Of a stretch of DNA of 64,000 nucleotides, positions 20,440 to 31,428 are shown in pieces; position 1 is the first letter of the stretch, and every line of letters starts with the position of its first letter. A program made the position numbers and the translations under genes. The DNA comes from Alphaproteobacteria bacterium (GTDB lineage: Bacteria > Pseudomonadota > Alphaproteobacteria > Bin95). Below the pieces are notes generated by a model. It did no database searches, was not told where the DNA came from, and saw only the letters and a program-made list of their open reading frames with translations. The stretch lies in NCBI GenBank assembly GCA_963665325.3, contig OZ224045.1:672001-736000 (forward strand), given 5' to 3'.

Positions 20440-21464
20440 GCGAGATCGTCGTCGAGTATCCCTATGACGAGCCGCCGCCGGAGGGCGCGGCGCGTCAGGT
20501 AGCCGACGGGATCTGGTGGGTGCGAATGCCGCTGCCCTTCGTTCTCGACCACATCAACCTCTACCTGCTGGAAGACGGGGACGGTTGGACCGTCGTCGAT
20601 TGCGGGCTGAACAAGGACGGTGTGCGGGACATCTGGGAGACGCTGATCCGCACGCTGCTCGCCGGACGGCCGATCCGCCGCGTTATCGTCACGCATTTCC
20701 ATCCCGACCATATGGGCTTGGCCCAGTGGCTGCTGACGCGCTTCCCCGAGGCCGAGCTCTGGATGAGCCTGTCGGAGTGGCTCTGGTCGCATTTCGCGTT
20801 CGACGCGCGCGAGCGCAACATGGAAGAAATGCTGCGCTTCTGGCGGCGCAACGGCATGGCGACTTCGACGGTCGACGCCATGCGCGGGCGGGGCAATTTC
20901 TACGCCCAGAACGTGGTCCGGCCTCCCATCGTCTATCGCCGTATCCAGCATGGCGACCGCATCCGCATCGGCGAGCGCGAGTGGCAGGCGATCATCGGTT
21001 CCGGCCATTCGCCGGAGCATGTCTGCCTCGCCTGCCCGGAGTCGAAGCTGCTGATTGCCGGCGACCAGGTGCTGCCGCGCATCACGACCAATGTGTCGGT
21101 GCATTTCGTCGAGCCCGACGGCGATCCGCTGCAGCATTTCCTGGACAGCACCCGCGCCTTCGCCCACCTGCCCGACGACACCTTCACGCTCTGCAGCCAC
21201 GACCGGCCGTTCTACGGCCTGCACGAGCGCCTCGCGCAGTTGCGCGACCACCACCAGGTTCGGCTCGACGATGGCTGCGAAGCCTTGTCGGAACCGCAAC
21301 ACGCCATCGACCTGCTGCCGGTCTTCTTCCACCGCCCGCTCGACCTGCACCAGCAGTCCTTCGCCATCGGCGAGGCGATCGCGCATCTGCACAATCTCTG
21401 GCACGCGGGCCGCGTCGGACGCGAGCGAAGCGCGGACGACGTCTTCCGCTTCGTTCGGGCATGA
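20436..21464 (+). CDS. MBL-fold metallo-hydrolase
   Basis: LPFVLDHINLYL, THFHPDHMG, GHSPEH, GDQVLPRIT; GTGA overlap with upstream gene. Confidence 0.9.
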   Translation: MSEIVVEYPYDEPPPEGAARQVADGIWWVRMPLPFVLDHINLYLLEDGDGWTVVDCGLNKDGVRDIWETLIRTLLAGRPIRRVIVTHFHPDHMGLAQWLLTRFPEAELWMSLSEWLWSHFAFDARERNMEEMLRFWRRNGMATSTVDAMRGRGNFYAQNVVRPPIVYRRIQHGDRIRIGEREWQAIIGSGHSPEHVCLACPESKLLIAGDQVLPRITTNVSVHFVEPDGDPLQHFLDSTRAFAHLPDDTFTLCSHDRPFYGLHERLAQLRDHHQVRLDDGCEALSEPQHAIDLLPVFFHRPLDLHQQSFAIGEAIAHLHNLWHAGRVGRERSADDVFRFVRA

Positions 21465-23083
21465 CCGAGGAGCGGGAAACCCTCTCCGCGCTGCTGGAAC
21501 GCGTCGCGGAGGAAGCGGGAGGAGAGCCGGCGCTCGTCTATGGCGGCGAAACCTGGAGCTATGCCGACCTGCTCGACCGGTCGCGCCGGGCAGCGTCCGC
21601 ATTGGCCGGGCTCGGCATCGGGCGCGGCGACAAGGTCGCGCTCTGGCTGCCGAACGTGCCGGCCTGGCTCGCGCTCTATCTCGCGCTCGGACGCCTTGGC
21701 GCCGTGGCCGTCGCGGTCAACACGCGCTTCCGGGCGCTGGAGGTTGCGGACATCCTGTCGCGTTCCGGCGCGAAGGCGCTCGCCATGTGGCCGGGCTTCA
21801 AGGACATCGACTTCGCCGGCCTGCTCGCGGAGATCGGGGAGGAGCCGCTCGCCGGGCTTGAGCGGGTGCTGGTTTATGACGAGGGCGAGGCGCCGGTTCC
21901 CGAACGGGTAGCCGGCAGGCCGGCAACCGCGGCGAGAGCGCTGTTCGAGGCGCCGCCGCTGGCCGAGGACCGCGCCACGCCCGCCGACCCCTGCAACATC
22001 TTCACCACCTCCGGCACCACCTCGAAACCCAAGTTTGTGCTGCACGGACAGGAGCCGGTGACGCGCCATGCCCGCGACTGCGTTTCCGCCTTCGGCTGGG
22101 ATCGGCCGGGCGCGGTCAGCTACCAGGCGACGCCGGTCTGCGGAGTGTTCGGCTTCTCAACCATGATGGCGACGCTCGCGGCCGGCGCGCCGAATGTGCT
22201 TGCGCCGCTGTTCACGCCGGGCGAGGCCGCAGACGCGGTGCGCCGCCACAGGGTCACCCATTTCATGGGCACGGACGACATGTATGCCGGGATGCTGGCC
22301 TTGCGGGAGGAGCCCGAACCCTTCCCCAGCCTGCGCCTCTGCGGCTATGCGCTTTTCAACCCGACCCTTGAGGATTTCGAGACGAAGACGCTGGCGCGCG
22401 GCGTGCCGCTGATCGGGCTCTACGGCATGAGTGAGGTGGGGGCGCTGATGGCTGTCCAGAAGATCGATGCGCCGCTGGAGGACCGGCTGGCCGGCGGCGG
22501 CTATCCCGTGGCGCCCGAGGCCGTCGTGCGGGTGCGCAATGTCGAGACGGGAGAGCTTTGCCCGCCGGGGGTGTCGGGCGAGGTCGAGATGCGCTGCCCG
22601 AGCCTGTTCCTGCGCTACGAGGGCAACCCGGAAGCCACGGCTGCGGCGATGACCGAAGACGGCTTCCTGCGCACCGGGGACGCCGGCCGCATGCGCGCCG
22701 ACGGCAGCTTCGTCTATGAGGCGCGCATGGGCGACACGCTGCGCCTCGCGGGATTCCTGACGGCCCCGAGCGAAATCGAGGCGCATGTCGAAACGCATCC
22801 CTCGGTTGCCGGCTGCCAGGTCGTCGGCGTCGCGACGCCGCGCGGTCCGCGCGCCTTCGCCTTCGTGCGCCCGGCGGATGACTCCTACGACGAAACGGCG
22901 CTTCTAGGCTGGTGCCGCGAGACCATGGCCAATTACAAGGTCCCCGTCCGGGCCGCCCCCATCGACGCCTTCCCCGTCACCCACAGCGCCAACGGCACCA
23001 AGATCCAGAAAGCCGAACTTCGCCGCATGGCCGAGGCCTTGGAAGCAGATGCGGCGTCGGTGCGGAGTGCGGCGGCATTGTGA
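21461..23083 (+). CDS. AMP-binding acyl-CoA synthetase
   Basis: FTTSGTTSKPK, YGMSE, FLRTGD, GTKIQK. Confidence 0.9.
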   Translation: MTEERETLSALLERVAEEAGGEPALVYGGETWSYADLLDRSRRAASALAGLGIGRGDKVALWLPNVPAWLALYLALGRLGAVAVAVNTRFRALEVADILSRSGAKALAMWPGFKDIDFAGLLAEIGEEPLAGLERVLVYDEGEAPVPERVAGRPATAARALFEAPPLAEDRATPADPCNIFTTSGTTSKPKFVLHGQEPVTRHARDCVSAFGWDRPGAVSYQATPVCGVFGFSTMMATLAAGAPNVLAPLFTPGEAADAVRRHRVTHFMGTDDMYAGMLALREEPEPFPSLRLCGYALFNPTLEDFETKTLARGVPLIGLYGMSEVGALMAVQKIDAPLEDRLAGGGYPVAPEAVVRVRNVETGELCPPGVSGEVEMRCPSLFLRYEGNPEATAAAMTEDGFLRTGDAGRMRADGSFVYEARMGDTLRLAGFLTAPSEIEAHVETHPSVAGCQVVGVATPRGPRAFAFVRPADDSYDETALLGWCRETMANYKVPVRAAPIDAFPVTHSANGTKIQKAELRRMAEALEADAASVRSAAAL

Positions 23084-23165
23084 GCAGAGGGCCGGGTAAC
23101 AGTTTCGATCCGGCCTGAACTCATTTGAAGTTCGCTAAGGGAACGCTCGCGGCCAATTCCACTCG

Positions 23166-23438
23166 TCATGCAGCTCTCGTGCTTTCGCGCAATCTTGCCT
23201 GCGCCAGGTCCCAGGACGCCTGCCTCCGCATCCAGAAACCCGCATTGCTCCAGCCGATCCGCTCCAGAGACAGCGCCATCGACGGCGAAATGCCCGAATG
23301 GCCATTGAGCAGGCGCGAAAGGGTGTGTCGCGCCACACCCAGCTGTCCGGCGGCATAGGTCACCGTCCATCCCATTTCCTCGATGCTATCGCGAATCGTC
23401 TCTCCCGGATGGGACGGGTTCAGCATTGCGTCGGTCAT
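23166..23438 (-). CDS. higA: HigA antitoxin (HTH-XRE)
   Basis: NPSHPGE, LSRLLNG, SPSMAL, FWMRRQASWDL. Confidence 0.92.
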   Translation of the reverse strand: MTDAMLNPSHPGETIRDSIEEMGWTVTYAAGQLGVARHTLSRLLNGHSGISPSMALSLERIGWSNAGFWMRRQASWDLAQARLRESTRAA

Positions 23439-23450
23439 TGGCTTCTCTCC

Positions 23451-23735
23451 CTAGTGGTAAACGACCAGGTCGATATCGACGGCCTCACCTTCAGCGAAGC
23501 GACAGGTGACACGCCAGTTGCCGGACACACGGATGCTCCACTGGCCCCGCCTGTCGCCCTTCAGCGCGTGGAGACGGTATCCGGGCAGGTCTATATCCTC
23601 CGGTTGGCGCGCGTCGGCGAGATCCGACAGGATACGTCGAAGCCTCGAGACGAGAGGCCCGGGCAACCGGCGGGCGTCGTCCCGCTCGAAGAAAGACTGC
23701 AACCCTTTGTGTCGAAACTTCACGCCACCAGACAC
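23451..23735 (-). CDS. higB: HigB (RelE-family) toxin; start uncertain
   Basis: FRHKGL, LPGYRLHALKG, WSIRVSGNWR.T..F, VDIDLVVYH; toxin-first order. Confidence 0.88.
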   Translation of the reverse strand: MSGGVKFRHKGLQSFFERDDARRLPGPLVSRLRRILSDLADARQPEDIDLPGYRLHALKGDRRGQWSIRVSGNWRVTCRFAEGEAVDIDLVVYH

Positions 23736-23932
23736 TTGAAAGTCGCTTCGGATCGTACCGTGTACGGACACACGTAGCAACTAATTCGTCATGGACTCCG
23801 CTTTTGGTGTTTATCCTCCGTTGCATTTGCTAAAGGCGTGCTGGCCTGAACTTGAGCGCCACTTAATCGGCAAAATTGGAGTCCGTTGCCGTTTCCGTGC
23901 AGACTGCCCGCATCGATAACGGAGACGGACGA

Positions 23933-25381
23933 GTGACAGGCTGGCGTGACGCCCTTCCTTCCGACGGCCTGCTTGCGGTGGTCAAGCGGGACTGCCCGAC
24001 CTGCGTCCTCGTGGCGCCGGTACTGGCGGAATTGGCGGCGTCGGGAGCCGTGGCGGTCACGCAGGACGATCCTGCATTTCCGGAGGGCGTGGCCCCCCGG
24101 CATGACGGCGATCTCGAACTCTCCTACCGGCTAGACATCGAGACGGTGCCGACGCTGATCCGGTTCAGCGACGGCAGGGAAGCCGAGCGCGCGATCGGCT
24201 GGAACAAGGCCGAGTGGCAGGCGCTGACGGGCCGTGCCGACCTTGGCGAGGACCTGCCGGAGAACCAGCCCGGATGCGGATCGCTTTCGGTCGAGTTCGG
24301 GATGCCGGAGAGGCTGGCGGTGCGGTTCGGCGACATCCCGCTTGCCGCGCGGCAGATCGTCGTGGAGGACCATGACGACCCGATGGAGGCGGCCTTCGAC
24401 CGGGGCTGGACCGACGGCCTGCCGATCGTGCCGCCGACCGACCTGCGCGTTGCCCGGATGCTGGCCGGCACGACGCGGGCGGCCGACGAGGTCATCGGGG
24501 AAATCCCGCCCAATCTCGCGCCCTGCACCGTAGAGAAGGCGGCCATCAACGCCGTCATGGCCGGCTGCCGGCCCGAATATTTCCCGACTGTCCTGGCGGC
24601 GGTCGAAGCCGCGCTGATACCCGGCTTCTCCATGCACGGCCTGCTCTGCACGACCCATTTCGCCGGGCCGGTGATCGTCGTGAACGGCCCCGTTGCGCGG
24701 CGCATCGGCATGAACTGGAGCCTGAACGCGCTCGGCCAGGGCAACCGCGCCAACGCGACCATCGGCCGGGCCTTCCAGCTCATCGTCCGCAATGTCGGCG
24801 GCGGCCGGCCGGGCGAGATCGACCGTGCGATGCAGGGCAATCCCGGCAAATACACCTTCTGCTTCGCCGAGGACGAGACCGACCCGGACTGGACGCCGCT
24901 TTCCGTTTCGCGCGGCATCCGGCCGAGCGCGTCCGCCGTCACCCTCTTCCACGGCGAGGGCGTGAGCGGCTTCGTGGACCAGAAGAGCCGGACGGCGGAG
25001 GAGCTGACCACCTCGCTCGCGCAATATCTCTGGCATGTGAACCACCCGAAGCTCTGCGAGTTCGGCGGGGCGCTGCTGGTGCTCTCGCCGGAGCATTACC
25101 TCATCTACAAGGCCGAAGGCTGGGGCCGCAGCGAAATCCACGCGGCCCTCTGGACCGCCCTGAAACGGCCGGGAAGCGAAGTCGTGCGCGGCGCGGGCGG
25201 TCTTGCCGAGGGGATGGAACCCGGACGGGAGAACGAGGTCATCGACAAGTTCCGCGAGCCCACCTTCCTGATCGCCCGCGCGGGCGGGCCGGCTGGCCTG
25301 TTCTCGGCGGTCATCGGCGGGTGGACCGGAATGCGGATGACCGGCGAAGTCGATCCTGTAACGAAGGAGATCGGTACATGA
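23933..25381 (+). CDS. Thioredoxin-like domain (CPTC) fused to an uncharacterised GWTDGLP domain; UGSC partner
   Basis: KRDCPTC, ETVPTLI (cis-Pro loop), PGCGS, then GWTDGLPIVPPT, NAVMAGCRPEY, NATIGRA; stop overlaps the next ATG. Confidence 0.8.
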   Translation: MTGWRDALPSDGLLAVVKRDCPTCVLVAPVLAELAASGAVAVTQDDPAFPEGVAPRHDGDLELSYRLDIETVPTLIRFSDGREAERAIGWNKAEWQALTGRADLGEDLPENQPGCGSLSVEFGMPERLAVRFGDIPLAARQIVVEDHDDPMEAAFDRGWTDGLPIVPPTDLRVARMLAGTTRAADEVIGEIPPNLAPCTVEKAAINAVMAGCRPEYFPTVLAAVEAALIPGFSMHGLLCTTHFAGPVIVVNGPVARRIGMNWSLNALGQGNRANATIGRAFQLIVRNVGGGRPGEIDRAMQGNPGKYTFCFAEDETDPDWTPLSVSRGIRPSASAVTLFHGEGVSGFVDQKSRTAEELTTSLAQYLWHVNHPKLCEFGGALLVLSPEHYLIYKAEGWGRSEIHAALWTALKRPGSEVVRGAGGLAEGMEPGRENEVIDKFREPTFLIARAGGPAGLFSAVIGGWTGMRMTGEVDPVTKEIGT

Positions 25382-25902
25382 CGGAACCCTATGCGATGAG
25401 AGACCCGACGGCGGAGACGGAGCCGGCGATGCGCCAGCCCGTCGTTCCGCCGACGAGTCTCGACGGGCTCACCATCGGCCTGCTTTCCATCGGCAAGGAG
25501 CGCTCGGTGGAATTTCTCGACTCCGTCGAGGATCAGCTGACAGCGCAGGGCCTGAACGTGCTGCGCTTCGCGAAGCCGACGCACACCAAGCCCGCGCCCC
25601 GCGGCGTCATCCAGGACCTCGTGGAGCGCTGCGACATCGTTGTCGAAGGGCTTGCGGACTGAGGCTCGTGCACGTCGTGCAGTTTGCATGACATGAGCGA
25701 GCTCGACCGCCTGGGAATGCCCGGCTGCGCGATAGCGACCGTCGAGTTTCGGGATGCCGCAGCCGCGCAGGCTGACGCCATGGGCGTGCGTCCGGCCGTG
25801 GTGTTCGTGGACCACCCGATCCAGAACCGGACGCCCGACGAGCTGGCGGACATCGCCGAGCGCGCCATTGCGCCCATTCTGGCCGCAATCCGGAGCGGGT
25901 AG
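25378..25902 (+). CDS. UGSC-family selenoprotein, 174 aa, Sec95 (TGA 25660-25662 recoded)
   Basis: ORFs 25321-25662 and 25684-25902 are in the same frame, joined as LAD-TGA-GSCTSCSLHD; SECIS-like hairpin follows. Confidence 0.88.
25664..25698 (+). promoter_or_regulatory. Putative bacterial SECIS element
   Basis: GCTCGT/ATGAGC lower stem, GTCGTGCA/TGCATGAC upper stem, GTT apical loop 19 nt after UGA. Confidence 0.7.
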
Positions 25903-26109
25903 CAGCGCGGCAACAGCCGGGGCTACCGGGCGATGAAGCTGCGATGCATCCGGAGTCCCTCCGAACGGCGCATTTCGGTGTAGAACGCAGCCCCCGACGC
26001 CTGGGTTTCGACGGTCATGCGTTCCGGCATGTTTCGGCTTGAGGCCTGGGCGCTCCCTACGCCGTCGATTCCCGTCGCCGCTGCCCGCGATTCAGGCTGA
26101 CATGCCTCT

Positions 26110-29100
26110 CTACCAACGAAGAGACAACGTAACGGCGGCCCCGTATCCGGTATCGCCCCGTTCGTATTCGGAGCGCGTAGCGGAGATCGAGAACCCGAGA
26201 TCGCCATGCCCCGAGGGAGCCTTCCGGCGGGTGCGCCAGCCGAGCGTGTAGTCCCGCCTGGACCCGGACAGGCCGATCCCGACATAGGGCACGCCGGTCA
26301 GTCGTCCGCCCAGCGCCGGCAGCCCGTACCCCGCCTCAGCCGTTATTCGACCGCTCGAGTCGGGTGCGTTGCGCCGGGAAAGCTCCGTGACACTGGTAGC
26401 GGCGAACAGCGAGTCGGTTCCCCGGTTCGCCGCGGCGCCTGCCGACGAGGTCAACGACAGCGCGAGTCCACGCTCCGAAGACGGCGCCGGATCGAAGCGC
26501 ACGGACCCTGACATGCCCCAGTCCCGGAACCCGCGCGCTTCGTGCGAAACAAGGCGACGGGCATTCAGTTCTGCCGAAATTCCGCGCGCCGTGTCGGTCC
26601 AGCCGATGCCGCCGCCGACCTCCAGGCCGAACCCAGTCTCTGCATCCCCTCCGTCGTGGCGAACCCCGATGGAGAGCTTCGGGACAAGAGACCGCCCTTC
26701 GCCGTCCGAGAAGGGCCGTTCGCCCTCCAGCGCCAGCCGCATCCGCGTAACCTCTCCCTCGCTCGCCGCCAGGTTTCCGTTCGCAACCGAGCGAACTGCC
26801 TTCGAAGACGTGCGAACCCAGAAGGCGTCGGACTTGAGCGAAAGCGCGAACCCGTCGGTATCGGGCGCTGCCACCAGGGTCTTGACCGCGCCGAGCGCCC
26901 CGAGCGTCAGGTTGATATCCGTGCGTATGGGCGCACCGGCTTCTTCCGTGAGCGTGAAGTAGCCGGCACCGGCGCCGGCGAGGCCCCACAGAGATGCCGT
27001 ATCGTCCACACGCAAGCGGGCATAAGGGTAGATGCCCATCATCAGGCTGCGGACCTTGCCGCGCGCTTGAGGAGACGCCCGGGGACCGGTGTAGGCGAAC
27101 GTGCCTCGGCCCTGGCTGTGCGCGATCGCCGCGCCCAGGGTCATCCGCCCCCAGTCGCTGTCCGCCGCGATGAGGCCCGTTGTCACGTCGCCGTCCATGC
27201 GGACATCTTCGACCTGAGCGTCGAAGCGATCTGCGGCGCCGCGTCCCCAGAGCGAGAACACCGGGCCGTCCCCGGGCTCGGAAGAAGAAAGGTGAAACGA
27301 GGTACCTGGCGGAAGACCGGAACTTCTATTGTGCCGCGCTCTCTGTTCGTCGCTTGGCAGCTGAAGGCGCTCGGCGGCCGAGATGTAAGTCGTTTCCAGC
27401 CTGACGTCTGCCGTTGCGTCCAACATGGACACGCCGCCGACCGTCGCGTGGCGCCGCGGTTCCTCTTCCAGGCGCGTGCCTACCGCTTCGACGATCTGCT
27501 GCGCGATCGTCCGCCCGAACCTGACGAGCCATGCCCCCGGGAGCGCATCGCGGTCGTTCGAGATAACTCCTGTCGCTGCCGCTCTCCCGATACGGGCGTT
27601 CTGCGCGTCCGACAACAGAAACGCGAAGGTCTCTTCACCCTCGTCCTTGGCGTCCCTCAGCAAGGGCACGGACACGGTCTTCTCGACCTCGCCAGCGGCG
27701 AAGACGAGCGTTCCCTCGGTCCGTTCATAGTCCTCGCCCGCCTTGGCCGACCGGTCCGCCGTCGTGTAGTTGACCGAAACGGTGCGGGTGGAGCTGCGGC
27801 TCAGCAGGACATTGAAGTCGACGGCCGGGTCGCTGCGTTCTTCCGCCCGCCCGTCCTCGACGGACAGTATGGGCAGTTTCAGCACCGTCGTCGTCGCTTC
27901 GCTCAGGGCGCCGGGGCCGACCCTGTTGACCGCCCGCACCTGGAAGGTGTGTTCCTGTCCGTCGGCGAGCCCGCCCACCGTCCTGGTCAAGTCCGCCCCG
28001 GCGGAGTCCCAAAGCGTCTCGTCAGGCACGGTGTCGCCTTCAGCATAGCGATATCGATATTCAACGATCGGTGCTCCGCCGTCGCTTTCCGGCGGTTCCC
28101 AGCTTATCGTTACCTCGCCATCTCCAGGCACCGCAGACAGATCCTTGGGCGCGCCCGGAACTGTTACCGGCGTCGTGGTCGTCGAAGCCGGTTCGCTCGC
28201 ACCGACGTCGTTCACCGCACGCACCTCGAAGGCGTATTCCGCACCGTTCGTCAGGCCGCCGACCGTGATCGTCAGAACCAAATCGACAGAAGTCCAGCCG
28301 GTCGTATCCGGAACCGAAGCGCCTTCGGCGTATCGGTATTCGTAGCGCGTGATCGCAGAGCCGCCGTCATCTGCTGGCGCTTCCCATGCCAGCACGACCT
28401 CGCCGTCGCCCGGCGTCGCCGCAAGGTTCCGCGGCAGGCCCGGCGCAGCAACTGGCGTCGTGGTCGCCGAAGCCGGTTCGCTCGCGCCGACGTCGTTCAC
28501 CGCACGCACCTCAAAGACGTATTTCGTGCCATTAGTCAGGCTCCCGACCGTGACTGTCAGCGCCGTCCCGGCGGAGGTCCAGCCCGTCACATCCGGAACC
28601 GACGAACCGGCCGCGTGGCGGTACTCATACTCCGTGACCGCAGAGCCGCCATCGCCCGCCGGCGCCGTCCAGGCGAGCACGACCTCGCCGTCGCCCGGCG
28701 TCACCACAAGAGTCTGCGGCGCATCCGGCACTGTTGCCGCCAGCATAGCCGTAGCCGCAACCGCAGCGCCCAGCCCCACATCGTTTACTGCGCGAACCTC
28801 GAAAACGTATTCCGCGCCATTGTCGAGACCGTCCACCGTGACTGTCAGCGCTGTCCCGGCGGAGGTCCAGCCCGTCACGTCCGGAACCGACGAACCGGCC
28901 GCATGGCGGTACTCATACTCCGTGACCGCTGAGCCGCCATTGCTTGCCGGCGCCGTCCATGCGAGTACGACCTCGCCGTCGCCCGGCGTCGCCACAAGGC
29001 TCTGCGGCGCATCCGGTACCGTTGCCGCCAGCATGGCCGTAGCCGCAACCGCAGCGCCCGACCCCACATCGTTTATTGCGCGAACCTCGAAAGCGTATTC

Positions 29101-30613
29101 CGCGCCATTGTCGAGACCGTCCACCGTGACTGTCAGCGCCGTCCCGGCAGACGTCCAGACGGTCGTATCCGGAACCGACGAACCGGCCGCATGGCGGTAC
29201 TCATACTCCGTGACCGCAGAGCCGCCATCGCCCGCCGGCGCCGCCCATCCGAGCACGACCTCGCCGTCGCCCGGCGTCGCCACAAGGCTCTGCGGCGCAT
29301 CCGGAACTGTTGCCGCCAGCATAGCCGTAGCCGCAACCGCAGCGCCCGACCCCGCATCGTTGACTGCGCGAACCTCGAAAGCGTATTCCGCGCCATTGTC
29401 GAGACCGTCCACCGTGACTGTCAGCGCCGTCCCGGCAGACGTCCAGACGGTCGTATCCGGAACCGACGAACCGGCCGCATGACGGTATTCATACTTCGTG
29501 ACCGCTGAGCTGCCGTTGCTTGCCGGCGCCGCCCATCCGAGCACGACCTCGCCGTCGCCCGGCGTCGCCACAAGGCTCTGCGGCGCATCCGGCACTGTTG
29601 CCGCCAGCATAGCCGTAGCCGCAACCGCAGCGCCCGACCCCGCATCGTTGACTGCGCGAACCTCGAAAGCGTATTCCGCGCCATTGTCGAGACCGTCCAC
29701 CGTGACTGTCAGCGCTGTCCCGGCAGACGTCCAGACGGCCGTATCCGGAACCGACGAACCGGCCGCATGGCGGTACTCATACTCAGTGACCGCTGAGCCG
29801 CCATTGCTTGCCGGCGCCGTCCATGCGAGCACGACCTCGCCATCGCCTGGCGTCACCACAAGAGTCTGCGGCGCATCCGGCACTGTTGCCGCCAGCATGG
29901 CCGTAGCCGCAACCACAGCGCCCGGCCCCGCATCGTTGACTGCGCGAACCTCGAAAGCGTATTCCGCGCCATTGTCGAGACCGTCCACCGTGACCGTCAG
30001 CGCTGTCCCGGCGGAGGTCCAGCCCGTCACGTCCGGAACCGACGAACCGGCCGCATGACGGTACTCATACTCCGTGACCGCTGAGCCGCCATCTTCCGCC
30101 GGCGCCGTCCATGCGAGCACGACCTCGCCATCGCCCGGCGTCGCCACAAGGCTCTGCGGCGCAAACGGTACCGTTGCCGCCGGCGACCCCATCCCGGTAA
30201 CCGCAGCGCCCGGCCCGACACCGTTCACTGCGCGAACCTCGAACGTGTAGGTCGTGCTGTTGGTCAGGCTGCCCACCGTGACCGCCCGTGCCTCACCAAC
30301 CGGTGTCCACACCGTCGCTTGCGGCACGGACGCGCCCGCGGCGTGTCGGTATTCGTAACCGGAGACAGGTTCGCCGCCATTGCTCACAGGCGCATCCCAT
30401 GTCAGCACCAGCTCGGCGTTGCCAGGCGTCACAGAAAGGTTGCGAGGCGCGTCCGGAACAGTCGCCGCGGCATCCGGCACAGCCGTCCCGACAGCCGCAG
30501 CGCCCGGTCCCACATCGTTAACCGCACGTACCTCGAACGCATAGGCCGTGCCGTTAGTCAGGCTGCCCACCGTGACCGTCAGCGCCGTTCCGGCGGAGGT
30601 CCAGCCCGTCACG
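26110..30613 (-). pseudogene. C-terminal part of a giant FN3-repeat autotransporter adhesin (about 10 FN3, Calx-beta, beta-barrel), separated from its 5' part by a transposon
   Basis: Repeated W.AP...GGS..YEYR...FEVRAVN units; Calx-beta motif; barrel with RHDGGDAETGFG and terminal W. Confidence 0.88.
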
Positions 30614-30765
30614 TCCGGTGAGCGGGCGCAGGCTTTCAGCGGCGATCAGGGGCTGATCGGCTCGGATTAATCGAGGTTTTGGATTGGGTGCCCCCCGGCG
30701 ATCTTGCAAGAAGGCCGCCGGAGGGCTTGTCTCGGTGACAGTGACATCAACCTGAGACGGCCCCA

Positions 30766-31380
30766 ATGTCGCACAAGCTGTTCCGGCACTCCAATCTCTC
30801 CAACGCCCGGGTTTGGGATTTTCTGAAGCAGGTCGACGCGGCCGAGGCGGAGGCGTGCCGGGCGGCGGGTTGCCCGCGCTGCGGCGGCGCGCTTCACAGC
30901 GCGAGCTACCCGCGCAAGCCGCACGGTCTGGCGGCGAATCTTCGGAACGACGTTCGGCGCTTCAGCCTGTGCTGTTCGGTGTGCCGACGCCGCGTGAAGC
31001 CGCCGTCGGTGCGTTTCTTCGGCAGGCGCTTTTACGTCGGGGCGCTGTTCCTTGTGGTGAGTGCGCTGGCTGTGGCCGGCGGCGCGCGGTTGCAGACGAT
31101 CGCGCGGCGGTGCGGGGTTCCGGCCTCGACGCTGAAGCGCTGGCGGCGCTGGTGGCTGGAAGCCTTCCCGCTGACCCGGGAGTGGCAGGCGAGACGGGGC
31201 GAGCTGGCGGCGCCGCCCGAAGAGGCGCCGCTGCGCCGGCTGCTGCGCATCATGCGGGGCCGTGGCTTCCGCTCGCGGCTGCTGCGGAGCCTGGTCTGGC
31301 TGATGCCGTGGACCGGCTTTTGCGCGCTCGGCGCAGGTCCGGCTTCGCCCGCAGAAAGCGTTTCTATGATGCACGGATAG
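30766..31380 (+). CDS. Transposon ORF1: Zn-ribbon plus HTH protein (DUF6431-like)
   Basis: CPRC...CCSVC, then HTH-like LQTIARRCGVPASTLKRW. Confidence 0.7.
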   Translation: MSHKLFRHSNLSNARVWDFLKQVDAAEAEACRAAGCPRCGGALHSASYPRKPHGLAANLRNDVRRFSLCCSVCRRRVKPPSVRFFGRRFYVGALFLVVSALAVAGGARLQTIARRCGVPASTLKRWRRWWLEAFPLTREWQARRGELAAPPEEAPLRRLLRIMRGRGFRSRLLRSLVWLMPWTGFCALGAGPASPAESVSMMHG

Positions 31381-31428
31381 GGCACCGCATCATCGGCACC
31401 TCCACGAAGCAGCGAGGGGGATGCCGGA

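Noticed and set aside
25321-25902. Two separate small genes or a nonsense pseudogene (same for 63162-63467 with 61743-63143)
   Set aside because: The same UGA-GSC context occurs independently in two divergent paralogues, each with a SECIS-like hairpin; recoding is far more parsimonious
25923-26285. 120-aa minus-strand ORF after the adhesin
   Set aside because: Overlaps the adhesin 3' end in another frame; no recognisable motif
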